This document shows positions 49,847 through 59,660 of a DNA stretch of 64,000 nt, piece by piece. The position numbers were made by a program, and so were the translations under genes. This DNA comes from an uncultured Acidobacteriota bacterium. Its GTDB lineage: Bacteria > Acidobacteriota > Thermoanaerobaculia > Gp7-AA8. Every line of letters starts with the position of its first letter. The stretch's first letter is position 1. The stretch lies in the NCBI GenBank assembly GCA_963741955.1, contig CAVUKB010000004.1:160001-224000 (forward strand), written 5' to 3'. The notes beneath the pieces are model-generated. The model searched no databases and was not told the DNA's origin. It saw only the letters and a list, made by a program, of their open reading frames with translations.

Positions 49847-51411
49847 CGATCGAGAGTCTGGACGTCGAATTGGTGCGCAACGCCGCGGGACGGCAGGTTC
49901 CCGGAGTGGTGAACGGAAATGCGCAGGTGCCGTTCGAGGGCGTGGACGTTCACCGGCCATCGGGAAGGAAGGCCGCACCGCCGGTTCGCAGCGCGGCGGA
50001 CTATCTGCGGGATGGGGTGAAGCTCGTGCCCGATCTGGCGACGGCCCTCGCCGAATGCGGTCTGCGCGATGGAATGGTCATCTCGACGCATCATCATCTT
50101 CGGGACGGCGATCGGGTCGCCGTGGCGGCGCTCGAAGCAGCGGCGTCGCTCGGAGTGCGGGACCTGATGTGGTTTCCGAGTGCCTCGTTCCCCAGTCAGG
50201 CGAGCGTGATCGACCTGATGGAATCGGGAGTGGTCCACCACATCGAGGGGAGCATGAACGGGCCGCTCGGCGACTACTGCACGCAGGGAAGGATGCGCGG
50301 GCTGGGAGTGCTTCGCTCGCACGGCGGACGGTGGCAGGCGATCCAGGACGGCGAAGTGCACATCGACATCGCGGTGATCGCGGCGCCGAGTGCGGATCCG
50401 TTCGGTAACGCGAACGGATCTCACGGCCCGTCGGCCTGCGGATCGCTCGGGTTCGCGCTCGCCGATTCGACGTATGCGGACAAGGTGATCGTGGTGACGG
50501 ACAACCTGGTGCCGTTCCCCTGCATCCCCTGGCAGATCCAGGGCAACAATGTGGACAAAGTGGTGGTGGTCGACTCGATCGGAGATCCGGCGAAGATCGT
50601 CTCGGGGACGACCCAGATCACGCGTTCGCCCGACCGGCTGCGCATCGCGAAGCTGACTGCGTCCTTCATCCGCGAAGCCGGAATCATGAAGAACGGCTTC
50701 TCATTTCAGGCCGGGGCCGGCGGAATCTCACTCGCCTTCGTCAGCTATCTGCGCGAGATGATGAAGGACGCAGGGGTCAGGGCGCGATTCGTGCGCGGCG
50801 GTTCGACCAAGGTCCTGGTGGAGATGCTCGAGGAGGGATTGATGGACTACATCCTCGACGGGCAGACCTTCGATCTCGACGCGGTGCGATCGATCGCATC
50901 GAATCCGCGACACGTCGCGACCTCGCCCTTCACCTCCTACAACTTCCACGGGAAGGGAAACTTCGCCTCCATGATCGACGCGGTGGTCCTCGGCGCGACG
51001 GAGGTGGACACCTCGTTCAACGGGAACGTGGTGACGCATTCCGATGGACGGCTGCTGCACGGCATCGGCGGATGGCAGAATTGCCTGTACGCCGGCTGCA
51101 CGATTCTCGCGGTGCCGTCGTTCCGCGACCGGACTCCGGTGATCGTGGACGAGGTGACGACGCTGACCGGTCCCGGTGAGCTGATCGACGTGGTGGTGAC
51201 GGAGCGCGGAATCGCGATCAACCCCCGGCGGAAAGATCTGCTCGACGCGGTCGCGGGGTCAGGTCTCCCGATCCGGCCGATCGAGGCGCTGAAGGCGGAG
51301 ATCGAGAGCATCTGCGGAAGGCCGGAGAGGCCGAAGCGGACTGCCCGCCCGGCCGCGGTGGTGAAATGGGTGGACGGTACGGTACTGGATACGGTGTGGG
51401 AGCTGGAGTGA
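49843..51411 (+). CDS. citF: citrate lyase alpha subunit (CoA/ACP transferase)
   Basis: GLRDGMVISTHHHLRDGD, RSHGGR, SACGSLG, SFQAGAGG, LGATEVD, DVVVTERGIAINPRR, DGTVLD. Confidence 0.92.
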   Translation: MTIESLDVELVRNAAGRQVPGVVNGNAQVPFEGVDVHRPSGRKAAPPVRSAADYLRDGVKLVPDLATALAECGLRDGMVISTHHHLRDGDRVAVAALEAAASLGVRDLMWFPSASFPSQASVIDLMESGVVHHIEGSMNGPLGDYCTQGRMRGLGVLRSHGGRWQAIQDGEVHIDIAVIAAPSADPFGNANGSHGPSACGSLGFALADSTYADKVIVVTDNLVPFPCIPWQIQGNNVDKVVVVDSIGDPAKIVSGTTQITRSPDRLRIAKLTASFIREAGIMKNGFSFQAGAGGISLAFVSYLREMMKDAGVRARFVRGGSTKVLVEMLEEGLMDYILDGQTFDLDAVRSIASNPRHVATSPFTSYNFHGKGNFASMIDAVVLGATEVDTSFNGNVVTHSDGRLLHGIGGWQNCLYAGCTILAVPSFRDRTPVIVDEVTTLTGPGELIDVVVTERGIAINPRRKDLLDAVAGSGLPIRPIEALKAEIESICGRPERPKRTARPAAVVKWVDGTVLDTVWELE

Positions 51412-51420
51412 GGGGAAAAC

Positions 51421-51595
51421 GAATTCAGGATTCAGGATGAAGAATTGAGAATTGAGGATGAAGAACGAAGATCCTTGTCGGTCCTGGCTCCTCGATCTCC
51501 TCGCGGAATCTCCCAACCTCTACCTCAAAGGGTGAACTGATTCCTCCTCCGCTCTCTTTTCTGCATTCTGAATTCTGAATTCTGCATTCTGAACT
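51421..51595. repeat. oppositely oriented heptamer repeat tracts between convergent genes
   Basis: GAATTCA/GGATTCA/GAATTGA-type units at 51421-51460 and TTCTGCA/TTCTGAA x5 at 51559-51593. Confidence 0.75.
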
Positions 51596-52134
51596 CATCT
51601 TCTCTCTCGTAAGGCGTCCACCACCGCTTCGAAGCGCCCCTCGGCACAGAGCCCGCTCATGCCAGCCTCCTCCCAGACTCGGGTCGCGATCTGCGCCGGC
51701 GTCTCGACCGCGAGCGGCGGAGGCGTCGTCATTCGCTGACGGAGTGTCTCGAGAAGCTCCTCTTCCTCGCCGGGGGCGAAGGCGACCCGGCTCTCCATCT
51801 CGATCGCGTCCATGACTTCCGCGCGGGTGGCTGCGCGCGAGACGGGATAGATGTGGAGGTGGAGATGTGGCACCTGGAGGCCGAGCTTGAGGAGGATGGC
51901 GCGGTCGGCGCCGGTCACTGCGAGGAGCGCCTCCTCCACGCGTCTGAAGAAATGGACGAATTCGCCTGCCTGTTGCTCTGATAGAGAGGAGAGATTCTCG
52001 ACGTGCCTCTTCGCGACCACTACGGCGTGGCCACGGAGTGCGTGGTCGTCGCTGAGGAGGGCCAGGGCGACCGGGCTCTCGGCGAAGACCTCGGGGCGGT
52101 TGATGTCGTAGCCGCAGAAGTGACAGGCACTCAT
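51595..52134 (-). CDS. HIT-family protein with C-terminal extension
   Basis: CHFC, GHAVV, QVPHLHLHIYP histidine triad. Confidence 0.9.
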   Translation of the reverse strand: MSACHFCGYDINRPEVFAESPVALALLSDDHALRGHAVVVAKRHVENLSSLSEQQAGEFVHFFRRVEEALLAVTGADRAILLKLGLQVPHLHLHIYPVSRAATRAEVMDAIEMESRVAFAPGEEEELLETLRQRMTTPPPLAVETPAQIATRVWEEAGMSGLCAEGRFEAVVDALRERR

Positions 52135-52287
52135 TGATTCGGCTCCCGTGAACGGATCGTGAAAACGGTTGGGCCTCGCTTCGGGAGGCAGCTTCATTGT
52201 CGCACTGGCATGCGGAATGAAGAATATACGAATAGCCTTGCGGTGCGCGGCCGCACCCGGGGCGAGATCAAGATCCGTGAGGGAGCA

Positions 52288-53190
52288 ATGTCAGGCTGGT
52301 GGTTCGAAGAAAAGCAGGAACGTAATCCATATCCTCTGATCCTCGCGGCACTCGGCGTAGTGGGATTCACCGGGGGGGCAGAGTTTTTCCGGAGACTGTT
52401 TCGAAACTCGCAGCTGTTCTGTCCCGAGGCCGAGCCATTGATCTCCTGGGACCCGCGAGATTACGGATTCGATCCGGAGCGTGTGGAGGAAGTCCGGTTC
52501 CGCGCGGACGACGACACGCTGCTGACGGGGTGGTACTGTCGCGCCGCGGATCCGATCGGCTCGGGACTCTACTGTCATGGAAACACAGGGAACTTCACCA
52601 AGGACCTCGCCGCACTGCGGAGATTCGTCGACGACGGACTGAACGTCCTCGTCTTCGACTATCGCGGATTCGGGAGAAGCGAAGGACGTCCGACGATCCG
52701 GGGAGTGGTCCGGGACGCTCACGCGGCGGCGGAGCTTCATGAAAGGATCCGCCCGGCGCATCTCCCCTCGCTGCTGTACGGGTTCTCACTGGGAGGGGCG
52801 GTGGCGGCACAGATCGTCCGCGACCATCCATTCGACGCGCTGGTACTCCAGTCGACGTTCACGAACCTCCCCGAAATGACACGCACGATCTTTCCGAATC
52901 TCCCGCTCCACATCCTGGCGGGACACGACTTCGACACACTCTCCATCGTGGAGTCGCTGGAGATTCCGCTCCTGGTGATCCACGGAACTGCGGATGAGAT
53001 GATTCCCTGCTCGATGGGCGAGACGCTGCACGAGCGCTGTGCGACCGCGCGTCCGATCGAGATCATCGAGAACGGGATGCACAGCGACCTGTTCGACATT
53101 CAGGGAGACCGGATCGTCGACGTGATCCGGAATCTCGCTCTCGATCTGCGAAGTCAGAAGGCGGATGAAGCGCTCGGCGAGGCGAGCTGA
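52288..53190 (+). CDS. alpha/beta hydrolase (ABHD13/17-like)
   Basis: HGNTG, DYRGFGRS, GFSLGG nucleophile, HGTADEMIP, GMHSD. Confidence 0.92.
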   Translation: MSGWWFEEKQERNPYPLILAALGVVGFTGGAEFFRRLFRNSQLFCPEAEPLISWDPRDYGFDPERVEEVRFRADDDTLLTGWYCRAADPIGSGLYCHGNTGNFTKDLAALRRFVDDGLNVLVFDYRGFGRSEGRPTIRGVVRDAHAAAELHERIRPAHLPSLLYGFSLGGAVAAQIVRDHPFDALVLQSTFTNLPEMTRTIFPNLPLHILAGHDFDTLSIVESLEIPLLVIHGTADEMIPCSMGETLHERCATARPIEIIENGMHSDLFDIQGDRIVDVIRNLALDLRSQKADEALGEAS

Positions 53191-53294
53191 GAACCTGGTG
53201 CGGTGTTTCATGAATCCCTTGCACCTGGTCGCGGGCACCGACAGGCGGGATGCTCTCCCTTCTGGCTCCGTGATCCGTTACACTTCTCTCTCTC

Positions 53295-54230
53295 ATGAAA
53301 AGGCTCGCGCTCGGCGTCGCACTTCTCGCGATTGCTGCCGCTGCTCCCGCTGCGCACCGGCATCGAGCCGTGCGCCGGGTTCCGGCGGCGGTGTCGACTC
53401 CACCTCTGATCGCAGGATGCTCGCTCTATCCGCCGGACAACGAGTGGAACCGGGACATCTCTGCAGATCCGGTCGACCCTAATTCGTCCCGCTACATCGC
53501 GCACATGAACGGTGCAACGAAGTTCCTTCACCCCGACTTCGGAGCGAATCAGGAGTATGGGATTCCGTACAACGTCGTGCCGGCCTCGCAGGCTCTGGTG
53601 CCGATCAGTTTCGATTACGCCGACGAGAGCGATCCGGGACCGTATCCGATTCCGGACGACGTGAAGATCGAAGCGGGAAGTGACCGCCACATCCTCGTGC
53701 TGCAGAGCGGCTCGTGCATGCTTTACGAGGCGTGGGACTGCGGCCGCGCGGGTCCCGGATGGCACTGCGGTTCAGGGGCAGTCTTCGACCTCTCGTCGAA
53801 TCGCCTCCGCCCCGACGGATGGACGTCCGCGGATGCCGCGGGACTTCCGATCCTTCCGGGTCTGGTCCGCTACGACGAGATCGAGGCGGGCGAGATCCGT
53901 CACGCGCTCCGCTTCACCGTCCAGTCGACCCAACGTGCCTACGTTCACCCTGCGACGCATTTCGCGAGCAGCAACACCGACCCCGACGCCCCTCCGATGG
54001 GTCTTCGCGTCCGCCTCCGGAGCGATTACGATCTCTCGCGGTTTCACGGTGCGGCGAAGGTCATCCTGGTGGCGATGAAACGGTATGGAATGTTCCTCGC
54101 GGACAATGGTTCTGACTGGTTCGTCACCGGAGCGACCGATCCGCGGTGGAACGACGATGACCTCGAGCAGTTGAAGAGTGTTCCCGCGAGCGCGTTCGAG
54201 GTCGTAGAGCTCGGCCCCATCTTCCGCTGA
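53295..54230 (+). CDS. secreted conserved hypothetical protein
   Basis: Signal peptide, RHRAVRR motif, then [54 protein letters not shown]. Confidence 0.85.
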   Translation: MKRLALGVALLAIAAAAPAAHRHRAVRRVPAAVSTPPLIAGCSLYPPDNEWNRDISADPVDPNSSRYIAHMNGATKFLHPDFGANQEYGIPYNVVPASQALVPISFDYADESDPGPYPIPDDVKIEAGSDRHILVLQSGSCMLYEAWDCGRAGPGWHCGSGAVFDLSSNRLRPDGWTSADAAGLPILPGLVRYDEIEAGEIRHALRFTVQSTQRAYVHPATHFASSNTDPDAPPMGLRVRLRSDYDLSRFHGAAKVILVAMKRYGMFLADNGSDWFVTGATDPRWNDDDLEQLKSVPASAFEVVELGPIFR

Positions 54231-54330
54231 CCGGGATCCCCGAGCTCGAATCCGGAGCACCGGATCCGCGGGCAGAGGAGATGGTGGACGCAATGCATTT
54301 CAATTCGAGATTCGAGACACGAAACCAGAT

Positions 54331-56001
54331 ATGAACAAAATCATCTATTCAATGATCGGAGTCGGGAAGTTCTACGACAAGAAACCGGTCCTCGAGAACA
54401 TCTACCTCTCCTACTTCTACGGAGCGAAGATCGGCGTCATCGGTCTGAACGGCTCCGGCAAGAGCTCTCTTCTCCGCATCCTGGCAGGGGTGGACAAGGA
54501 GTTCGTCGGTGAGACGGTAATCGCTCCCGGTCACAGTGTCGGCTTTCTCGAGCAGGAGCCGAAGCTCGACGATTCGAAGACGGTCCGCGAGATCGTCGAA
54601 GAGGGAGCGCAGGAGACGGTCGATCTCCTCCGGGAGTTCGACGAGATCAACGCGCAGTTCGCCGACCCGATGGACGACGACGCGATGACGAAGCTTCTCG
54701 AGAGGCAGGGCTCCGTCCAGGAGAAGCTCGATGCCGCCGGCGCGTGGGATCTCGACAGCCGCCTGGAGATGGCGATGGACGCACTCCGCTGTCCTCCTGG
54801 GGAGACTCGGGTCGAGGTTCTCTCCGGAGGCGAGCGGCGACGCGTTGCACTCTGCCGCCTGCTGCTGCAGAAGCCCGACATCCTTCTTCTCGACGAGCCG
54901 ACCAACCATCTCGACGCGGAGACGGTCGCATGGCTCGAGCATCATCTGAAAGAGTACGAGGGAACGGTCATCGCGGTGACCCACGACCGCTACTTTCTCG
55001 ACAACGTCGCCGGCTGGATTCTCGAGCTCGATCGCGGCCGCGGGATTCCGTGGGAAGGGAACTACTCCTCGTGGCTGGAGCAGAAACAGAATCGCCTGGC
55101 CCAGGAAGAGAAGGCGGAATCCCAGCGCCAGAAGACGCTGCAGCGCGAGCTGGAATGGATCCGGATGTCGCCCAAGGGCCGCCACGCGAAAGGGAAGGCC
55201 CGCATCAACGCGTACGAGTCGCTCCTCGGACAGGAGTCGATCGAGCGCGAGAAGGAGCTCGAGATCTACATCCCGCCCGGACCGCGTCTCGGTGACGTGG
55301 TGATCGAAGCGGAAGGAGTTTCGAAAGGCTACGGCGAGAACCTTCTGGTCGAAGGGATGAGCTTCTCCGTCCCGCGAGGAGCGATCGTCGGAGTGATCGG
55401 CCCGAACGGCGCCGGAAAGACGACCCTCTTCCGCATGATCACCGGACAGGAGCAGCCGGACGGTGGATCGATCCGACTCGGTGAGACGGTGAGCCTCGCC
55501 TACGTCGACCAGAGCCGCGACTCCCTCGACGGAGACAAGAGCATCTGGGAAGAGATCTCTGCCGGACAGGACGTGGTGGTCCTCGGCTCGCGCCAGGTGA
55601 ACTCGCGTGCCTGGGTGGCGCGGTTCAACTTCTCGGGGTCAGACCAACAGAAGAAGGTCGGGAATCTATCCGGTGGCGAACGCAACCGGGTTCACCTCGC
55701 GAAAATGCTCAAGTCCGGAGCGAACGTGCTCCTCCTCGATGAACCGACCAACGATCTCGACGTCAACACCATGCGTGCGCTGGAGGAGGCGTTGGAGGCA
55801 TTCGGCGGATGCGCCCTGATCATCAGCCACGACCGCTGGTTCCTCGACCGGATCGCGACTCACATTCTGGCCTTCGAAGGTGACAGCAGTGCCGTCTGGT
55901 TCGACGGCAACTACTCCGAGTACGAGACCGACCGGCACCAACGCCTCGGCACGGCCGCCGACCAGCCTCATCGGATCAAGTACAGGCAGCTCACGCGCTG
56001 A
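54331..56001 (+). CDS. ettA: energy-dependent translational throttle protein (ABC-F)
   Basis: Two ABC domains ([16 protein letters not shown]), [16 protein letters not shown] linker, PHRIKYRQL end; 556 aa. Confidence 0.96.
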   Translation: MNKIIYSMIGVGKFYDKKPVLENIYLSYFYGAKIGVIGLNGSGKSSLLRILAGVDKEFVGETVIAPGHSVGFLEQEPKLDDSKTVREIVEEGAQETVDLLREFDEINAQFADPMDDDAMTKLLERQGSVQEKLDAAGAWDLDSRLEMAMDALRCPPGETRVEVLSGGERRRVALCRLLLQKPDILLLDEPTNHLDAETVAWLEHHLKEYEGTVIAVTHDRYFLDNVAGWILELDRGRGIPWEGNYSSWLEQKQNRLAQEEKAESQRQKTLQRELEWIRMSPKGRHAKGKARINAYESLLGQESIEREKELEIYIPPGPRLGDVVIEAEGVSKGYGENLLVEGMSFSVPRGAIVGVIGPNGAGKTTLFRMITGQEQPDGGSIRLGETVSLAYVDQSRDSLDGDKSIWEEISAGQDVVVLGSRQVNSRAWVARFNFSGSDQQKKVGNLSGGERNRVHLAKMLKSGANVLLLDEPTNDLDVNTMRALEEALEAFGGCALIISHDRWFLDRIATHILAFEGDSSAVWFDGNYSEYETDRHQRLGTAADQPHRIKYRQLTR

Positions 56002-56036
56002 GTGCAGTGCTTCATGAATCCCTTACATCCGGCTCA

Positions 56037-57035
56037 ATGACCCTCGAATCCGCTCCCTTCGTTCCCGCCTGGTGGGTTCCCGGCGCGCACCTTCAGACGG
56101 TGTGGGGGAGGATGACTCGTCCGCGGCAGCTCGTTCGGATGCGGCGCGAACCGATCGAGATGCCGGACGGCGACGTCCTGGTTCTCGATCACGTGGACAT
56201 ACCCGATGGATCCGGCAATCTCCGCGCGGTGCTCCTCCACGGACTCGAAGGGAGCTCGTATTCGGTCTACATCCAGGGCGTCCTTTCGCTCCTCTCCGCG
56301 AGGGGGATTCCGGCGACGGTGATCAATTTCCGCTCCTGTGCACGCGATCCGCTACGGACGAAGATCCATCTGCCGAACCGGCGTCCGCGTTTCTACCATT
56401 CAGGGGAAACGACGGATCTCGATCACGTGATCCGGCTCCTCTCCGCGCGCCATCCGCAAAGCCGCTTCGTCGCATTCGGAGCGTCCCTCGGCGGGAACGT
56501 CCTTCTGAAGTGGCTGGGAGAAAACCGAGGGCAGAAGCTCGTCGAGCGCGCCGTCGCGGTCTCCGTCCCTTACGATCTCGCCGCGGGCGCGCGGTACCTC
56601 GAAACGCCGATGGGACGGTTCTACTGCGAGGTGTTCTTCCGCAGCCTCCGTCCGAAAGTCGAGCGGCTCGTACGCGAATTTCCAGACGTGGGAGCACGGG
56701 TCGATCTCGAGCGAATCCGGCGGGCAAAGTCCTTCTTCGATTTCGACCAGTGGGCAACGGCCCCGATCCACGGATTCGCCGGAGCGGAAGACTACTGGGA
56801 GCGCTCGAGCTCCATTCGGGTCCTCTCGCAGATCGACGTGCCGGTGCTCTGCATCAGCTCGGCCGATGATCCTTTCCTTCCTCCTCGCGTGATCGACGAG
56901 GTCGAAGCGGTCGCCTCATCGACGATCACTCTGATCCGCACGAGGGGCGGCGGACACGTCGGATTCGTCGGCGGGCGCCGTCCGTGGGAACCGGCGTACT
57001 GGGCGGAGAGAAAAGCCGCCGAGTATCTGACTTGA
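56037..57035 (+). CDS. YheT-family alpha/beta hydrolase
   Basis: HLQTVW, HGLEGSS, YHSGETTD, GASLGGN, DDPF, GGHVGF; start 56007 or 56037. Confidence 0.9.
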   Translation: MTLESAPFVPAWWVPGAHLQTVWGRMTRPRQLVRMRREPIEMPDGDVLVLDHVDIPDGSGNLRAVLLHGLEGSSYSVYIQGVLSLLSARGIPATVINFRSCARDPLRTKIHLPNRRPRFYHSGETTDLDHVIRLLSARHPQSRFVAFGASLGGNVLLKWLGENRGQKLVERAVAVSVPYDLAAGARYLETPMGRFYCEVFFRSLRPKVERLVREFPDVGARVDLERIRRAKSFFDFDQWATAPIHGFAGAEDYWERSSSIRVLSQIDVPVLCISSADDPFLPPRVIDEVEAVASSTITLIRTRGGGHVGFVGGRRPWEPAYWAERKAAEYLT

Positions 57036-57064
57036 AAGTACGAGCGCAGACGGACTCCTGATTC

Positions 57065-57700
57065 CTACTTCCATTCCATCTCGAAGCTGCAGACGGCGTC
57101 GCCGCGGCAGTGGCATTTCACTTCCACGACCCTGGGATCGGTTCCACCATGACGGAGGATCGCTTCCTTGTAGAAGCCGAGCGCGCTCGCACAGTAGTAA
57201 GGGCTGTAGCAGGGATACTCGAGATAATCCATCCGTGCGCCGTGAGGCGTCTTGTGAAACTCCACCCGTCCGTATTTCTGGTACTGCTGGTGGAACGACG
57301 CGATGTTCTCGAGAAACTTGAGCAGCTCGGTGTTGTCGAGCATGCGGTAGACGCGACCGATGCCGAGCTCGGCGGAGGCAGCGCCGACCAGCTCGAGAAT
57401 GTGCGGATGCTTCTCTTTTCCGAACTCGTAGATCGTCTTGTCGAGCTCCACGAGCGCGGCGAAGTCGTACCACGCGCTGGCGAGAGGAGTCCGCGTGATC
57501 TTGAGCGTCTCCGGTGACAGCCGGGCGAGCACGGCGTAATACCCCTCTTCGCCGAATTGATCGAGGAGGAACTGTTTGCGTCCTCCGAACATCACCCCTT
57601 TGATCTTGCAGACGGACGGATCGGGGCCGAGCAGTACCTCGTTTCCGGCGAGAGGCGCAGGTGTACCGAGAGATGATTCGGATTCGAGAAGGAGCGACAT
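57065..57700 (-). CDS. hypothetical protein with V4R-like C-terminus (DUF2378-like)
   Basis: IKGVMF...LASAWYD N-terminus and EVKCHCRGDAVCSFEMEW end; GGAG RBS. Confidence 0.7.
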   Translation of the reverse strand: MSLLLESESSLGTPAPLAGNEVLLGPDPSVCKIKGVMFGGRKQFLLDQFGEEGYYAVLARLSPETLKITRTPLASAWYDFAALVELDKTIYEFGKEKHPHILELVGAASAELGIGRVYRMLDNTELLKFLENIASFHQQYQKYGRVEFHKTPHGARMDYLEYPCYSPYYCASALGFYKEAILRHGGTDPRVVEVKCHCRGDAVCSFEMEWK

Positions 57701-58029
57701 GGCGGTTTCTCCAGGGAGCACCCACCCGTTCCGCCGGATGGCGTGTCTTCTTCCATCATAGCGCCGAGATCGTCAGCACGCAGATCTTCTCTCCGGGATC
57801 CGACGTCCTGGGCCGCAAGAAATCGTCCGTACTGCCGGCCGGAGAACGCGGAACCGCGATGCCGCGTCGCAACCGGAGCGGCGGCGCATGATCGTGGCTC
57901 AACCATCGAAAGATTGCGCGCCCGAAAGGTTGCGCGCCGGAGCGGCGATCCGGCTTCTGTCCGGTTCGGGGGTTGCAGGAAGTGAGCTGGAGTGGCACCC
58001 GGGCTTGCCGGATGCCTGGATGAAAAACG

Positions 58030-58950
58030 ATGTCAGCGAGCCGTACGACAACCCGACTGAGCGGCGCCACGAAAGCGTGGATTGCGGTTGCCCTGACCTG
58101 GGTGAGCGGTTTCGTCGATGCGGTCTGTTACGTCACCCTTTTCCGAGTCTTCGTAGCGAACATGAGTGGAAACAGTGTGGCGATCGGAATCGGGATCGGG
58201 GAAGGAAGATGGAATCTGCTGTTCCGGCGCGGATTCGCCGTGCCGCTCTTTTTCGCCGGTCTGGTGATCTGCCGTCTGGCAGTGGATTGGGCGAACCAGC
58301 AGAAGATCCGGCGTATCTTCGGGTGGATCTTCGCCGTCGAGGCCGGCCTGCTGGGTCTCTTCGTCGCGGTTGGATGGGGATTCGTGGAAGGGAAGCGGAT
58401 GACCGGGATCTCCGATGCGCGTTACTTCACGTTGATCGCGCTCCCGGCGGTCGCGATGGGACTGCAGAACGCGGCGCTGACGCACTTCGGTCCGCTGACG
58501 GTCCGCACCACACACGTCACCGGAACTCTGGCGAAGCTGGCCGACCACGTCGCCCGCTGGCTCCTGTGGATGAGGAAACGGATCAGAAGCGCCGAGGGGA
58601 GGAGAGGATTGATGCGGGAGAGCGTGAGGCACGGTTCATTTCGAACCGCGTCGCTCCTCTTCGCGGCGTGGTGCGGATACGTGATCGGCGCGGCCACGGG
58701 GGCGTGGCTCAAGACTCTGATCGAGCTCTCGAGCCTCCTCGTGCCGATCGCGATTCTGATCGCACTCGTCGCCATCGACTGGATCGACCCGTTCGCCGTC
58801 GGGCGAGGCGAGGGAGAGGCATCGAGGATCGAGTATCGAGGATCGAGTATCGAGGATCGAGTATCGAGGATCGAGTATCGAGGATCGAGTATCGAGGATC
58901 GAGTATCGAGGATCGAGGATCGAGGATCTGAGAGGCGAGGATCGGAGTAG
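58030..58950 (+). CDS. YoaK/DUF1275-family membrane protein with repeat-encoded tail
   Basis: SGFVDA, FVANMSGN, AMGLQNA, RTTHVTG. Confidence 0.9.
   Translation: MSASRTTTRLSGATKAWIAVALTWVSGFVDAVCYVTLFRVFVANMSGNSVAIGIGIGEGRWNLLFRRGFAVPLFFAGLVICRLAVDWANQQKIRRIFGWIFAVEAGLLGLFVAVGWGFVEGKRMTGISDARYFTLIALPAVAMGLQNAALTHFGPLTVRTTHVTGTLAKLADHVARWLLWMRKRIRSAEGRRGLMRESVRHGSFRTASLLFAAWCGYVIGAATGAWLKTLIELSSLLVPIAILIALVAIDWIDPFAVGRGEGEASRIEYRGSSIEDRVSRIEYRGSSIEDRVSRIEDRGSERRGSE
58821..58925. repeat. heptamer tandem repeat ATCGAG(G/T) x15
   Basis: Counted directly; followed by CCGACCC-type units at 58975-59003. Confidence 0.95.
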
Positions 58951-59004
58951 GACAGTATTGTTCTTCGCCGCTCGCCGACCCCCGACCCCTGATCCCCGAC
59001 CCCT

Positions 59005-59376
59005 CTACTCCTCGGGTCGGATCTCCGTTCCGGCTTCGATGCTCTCACCGGTCCGGAATGTAAGCCGTGTGAGCTGCCCCGAGCGCGTCTCGATCTCGAC
59101 GCTGTGATCGATTCCCGATTCCTGATCCACGCGCACGGTCGTCGGATTCGGTACAACCAGCCGGGTGTGCCGCTCGGGCCGCTTGCCGACGGTGACGACG
59201 ATCTCGTTGTGTTGCGGCGGGTCGACCCGCGCGGTGATTCCCTCCAGCGGCAGCTCTTCGAAATCGCACATCGAATTTCCGCGAGCGCGCTCGGCGGTCA
59301 CCAGCCAGCTGTCGTGCTGCATAGTGAAATCTTCGAAAAATCGCCCCCACTCCTGCTGTGGAATCTCTCGTTCCAT
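59005..59376 (-). CDS. DUF5335-like protein
   Basis: MEREIPQQEWGRFFEDFTMQHDSWLVT...ELPLEGIT; GGAGG RBS. Confidence 0.8.
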   Translation of the reverse strand: MEREIPQQEWGRFFEDFTMQHDSWLVTAERARGNSMCDFEELPLEGITARVDPPQHNEIVVTVGKRPERHTRLVVPNPTTVRVDQESGIDHSVEIETRSGQLTRLTFRTGESIEAGTEIRPEE

Positions 59377-59660
59377 CTCCACCTCCACATTCTCGCGCGA
59401 CGGACGACTCTGCCGCGCAGATTCATAAGACGTAGCGATTCTGAAAATCCGCCACGGATATCTCCCGGCTGCAAGAAATGTGCGGTGCAGTGGTGTGCGA
59501 CTTGCTGCCGATTGTGGGGCGGTGGGGGCATTGCGCACTGCCGGTCCACGACCTCGGATTCAACAGCAGCGAGACGCTTCCGGCCGGCCTGGCGAGGTCG
59601 GGCGTGAGGTGGACCGGCGGGCTCGTGAATCGCTCTCACCGATGAGAAAAGGAGGACGCT

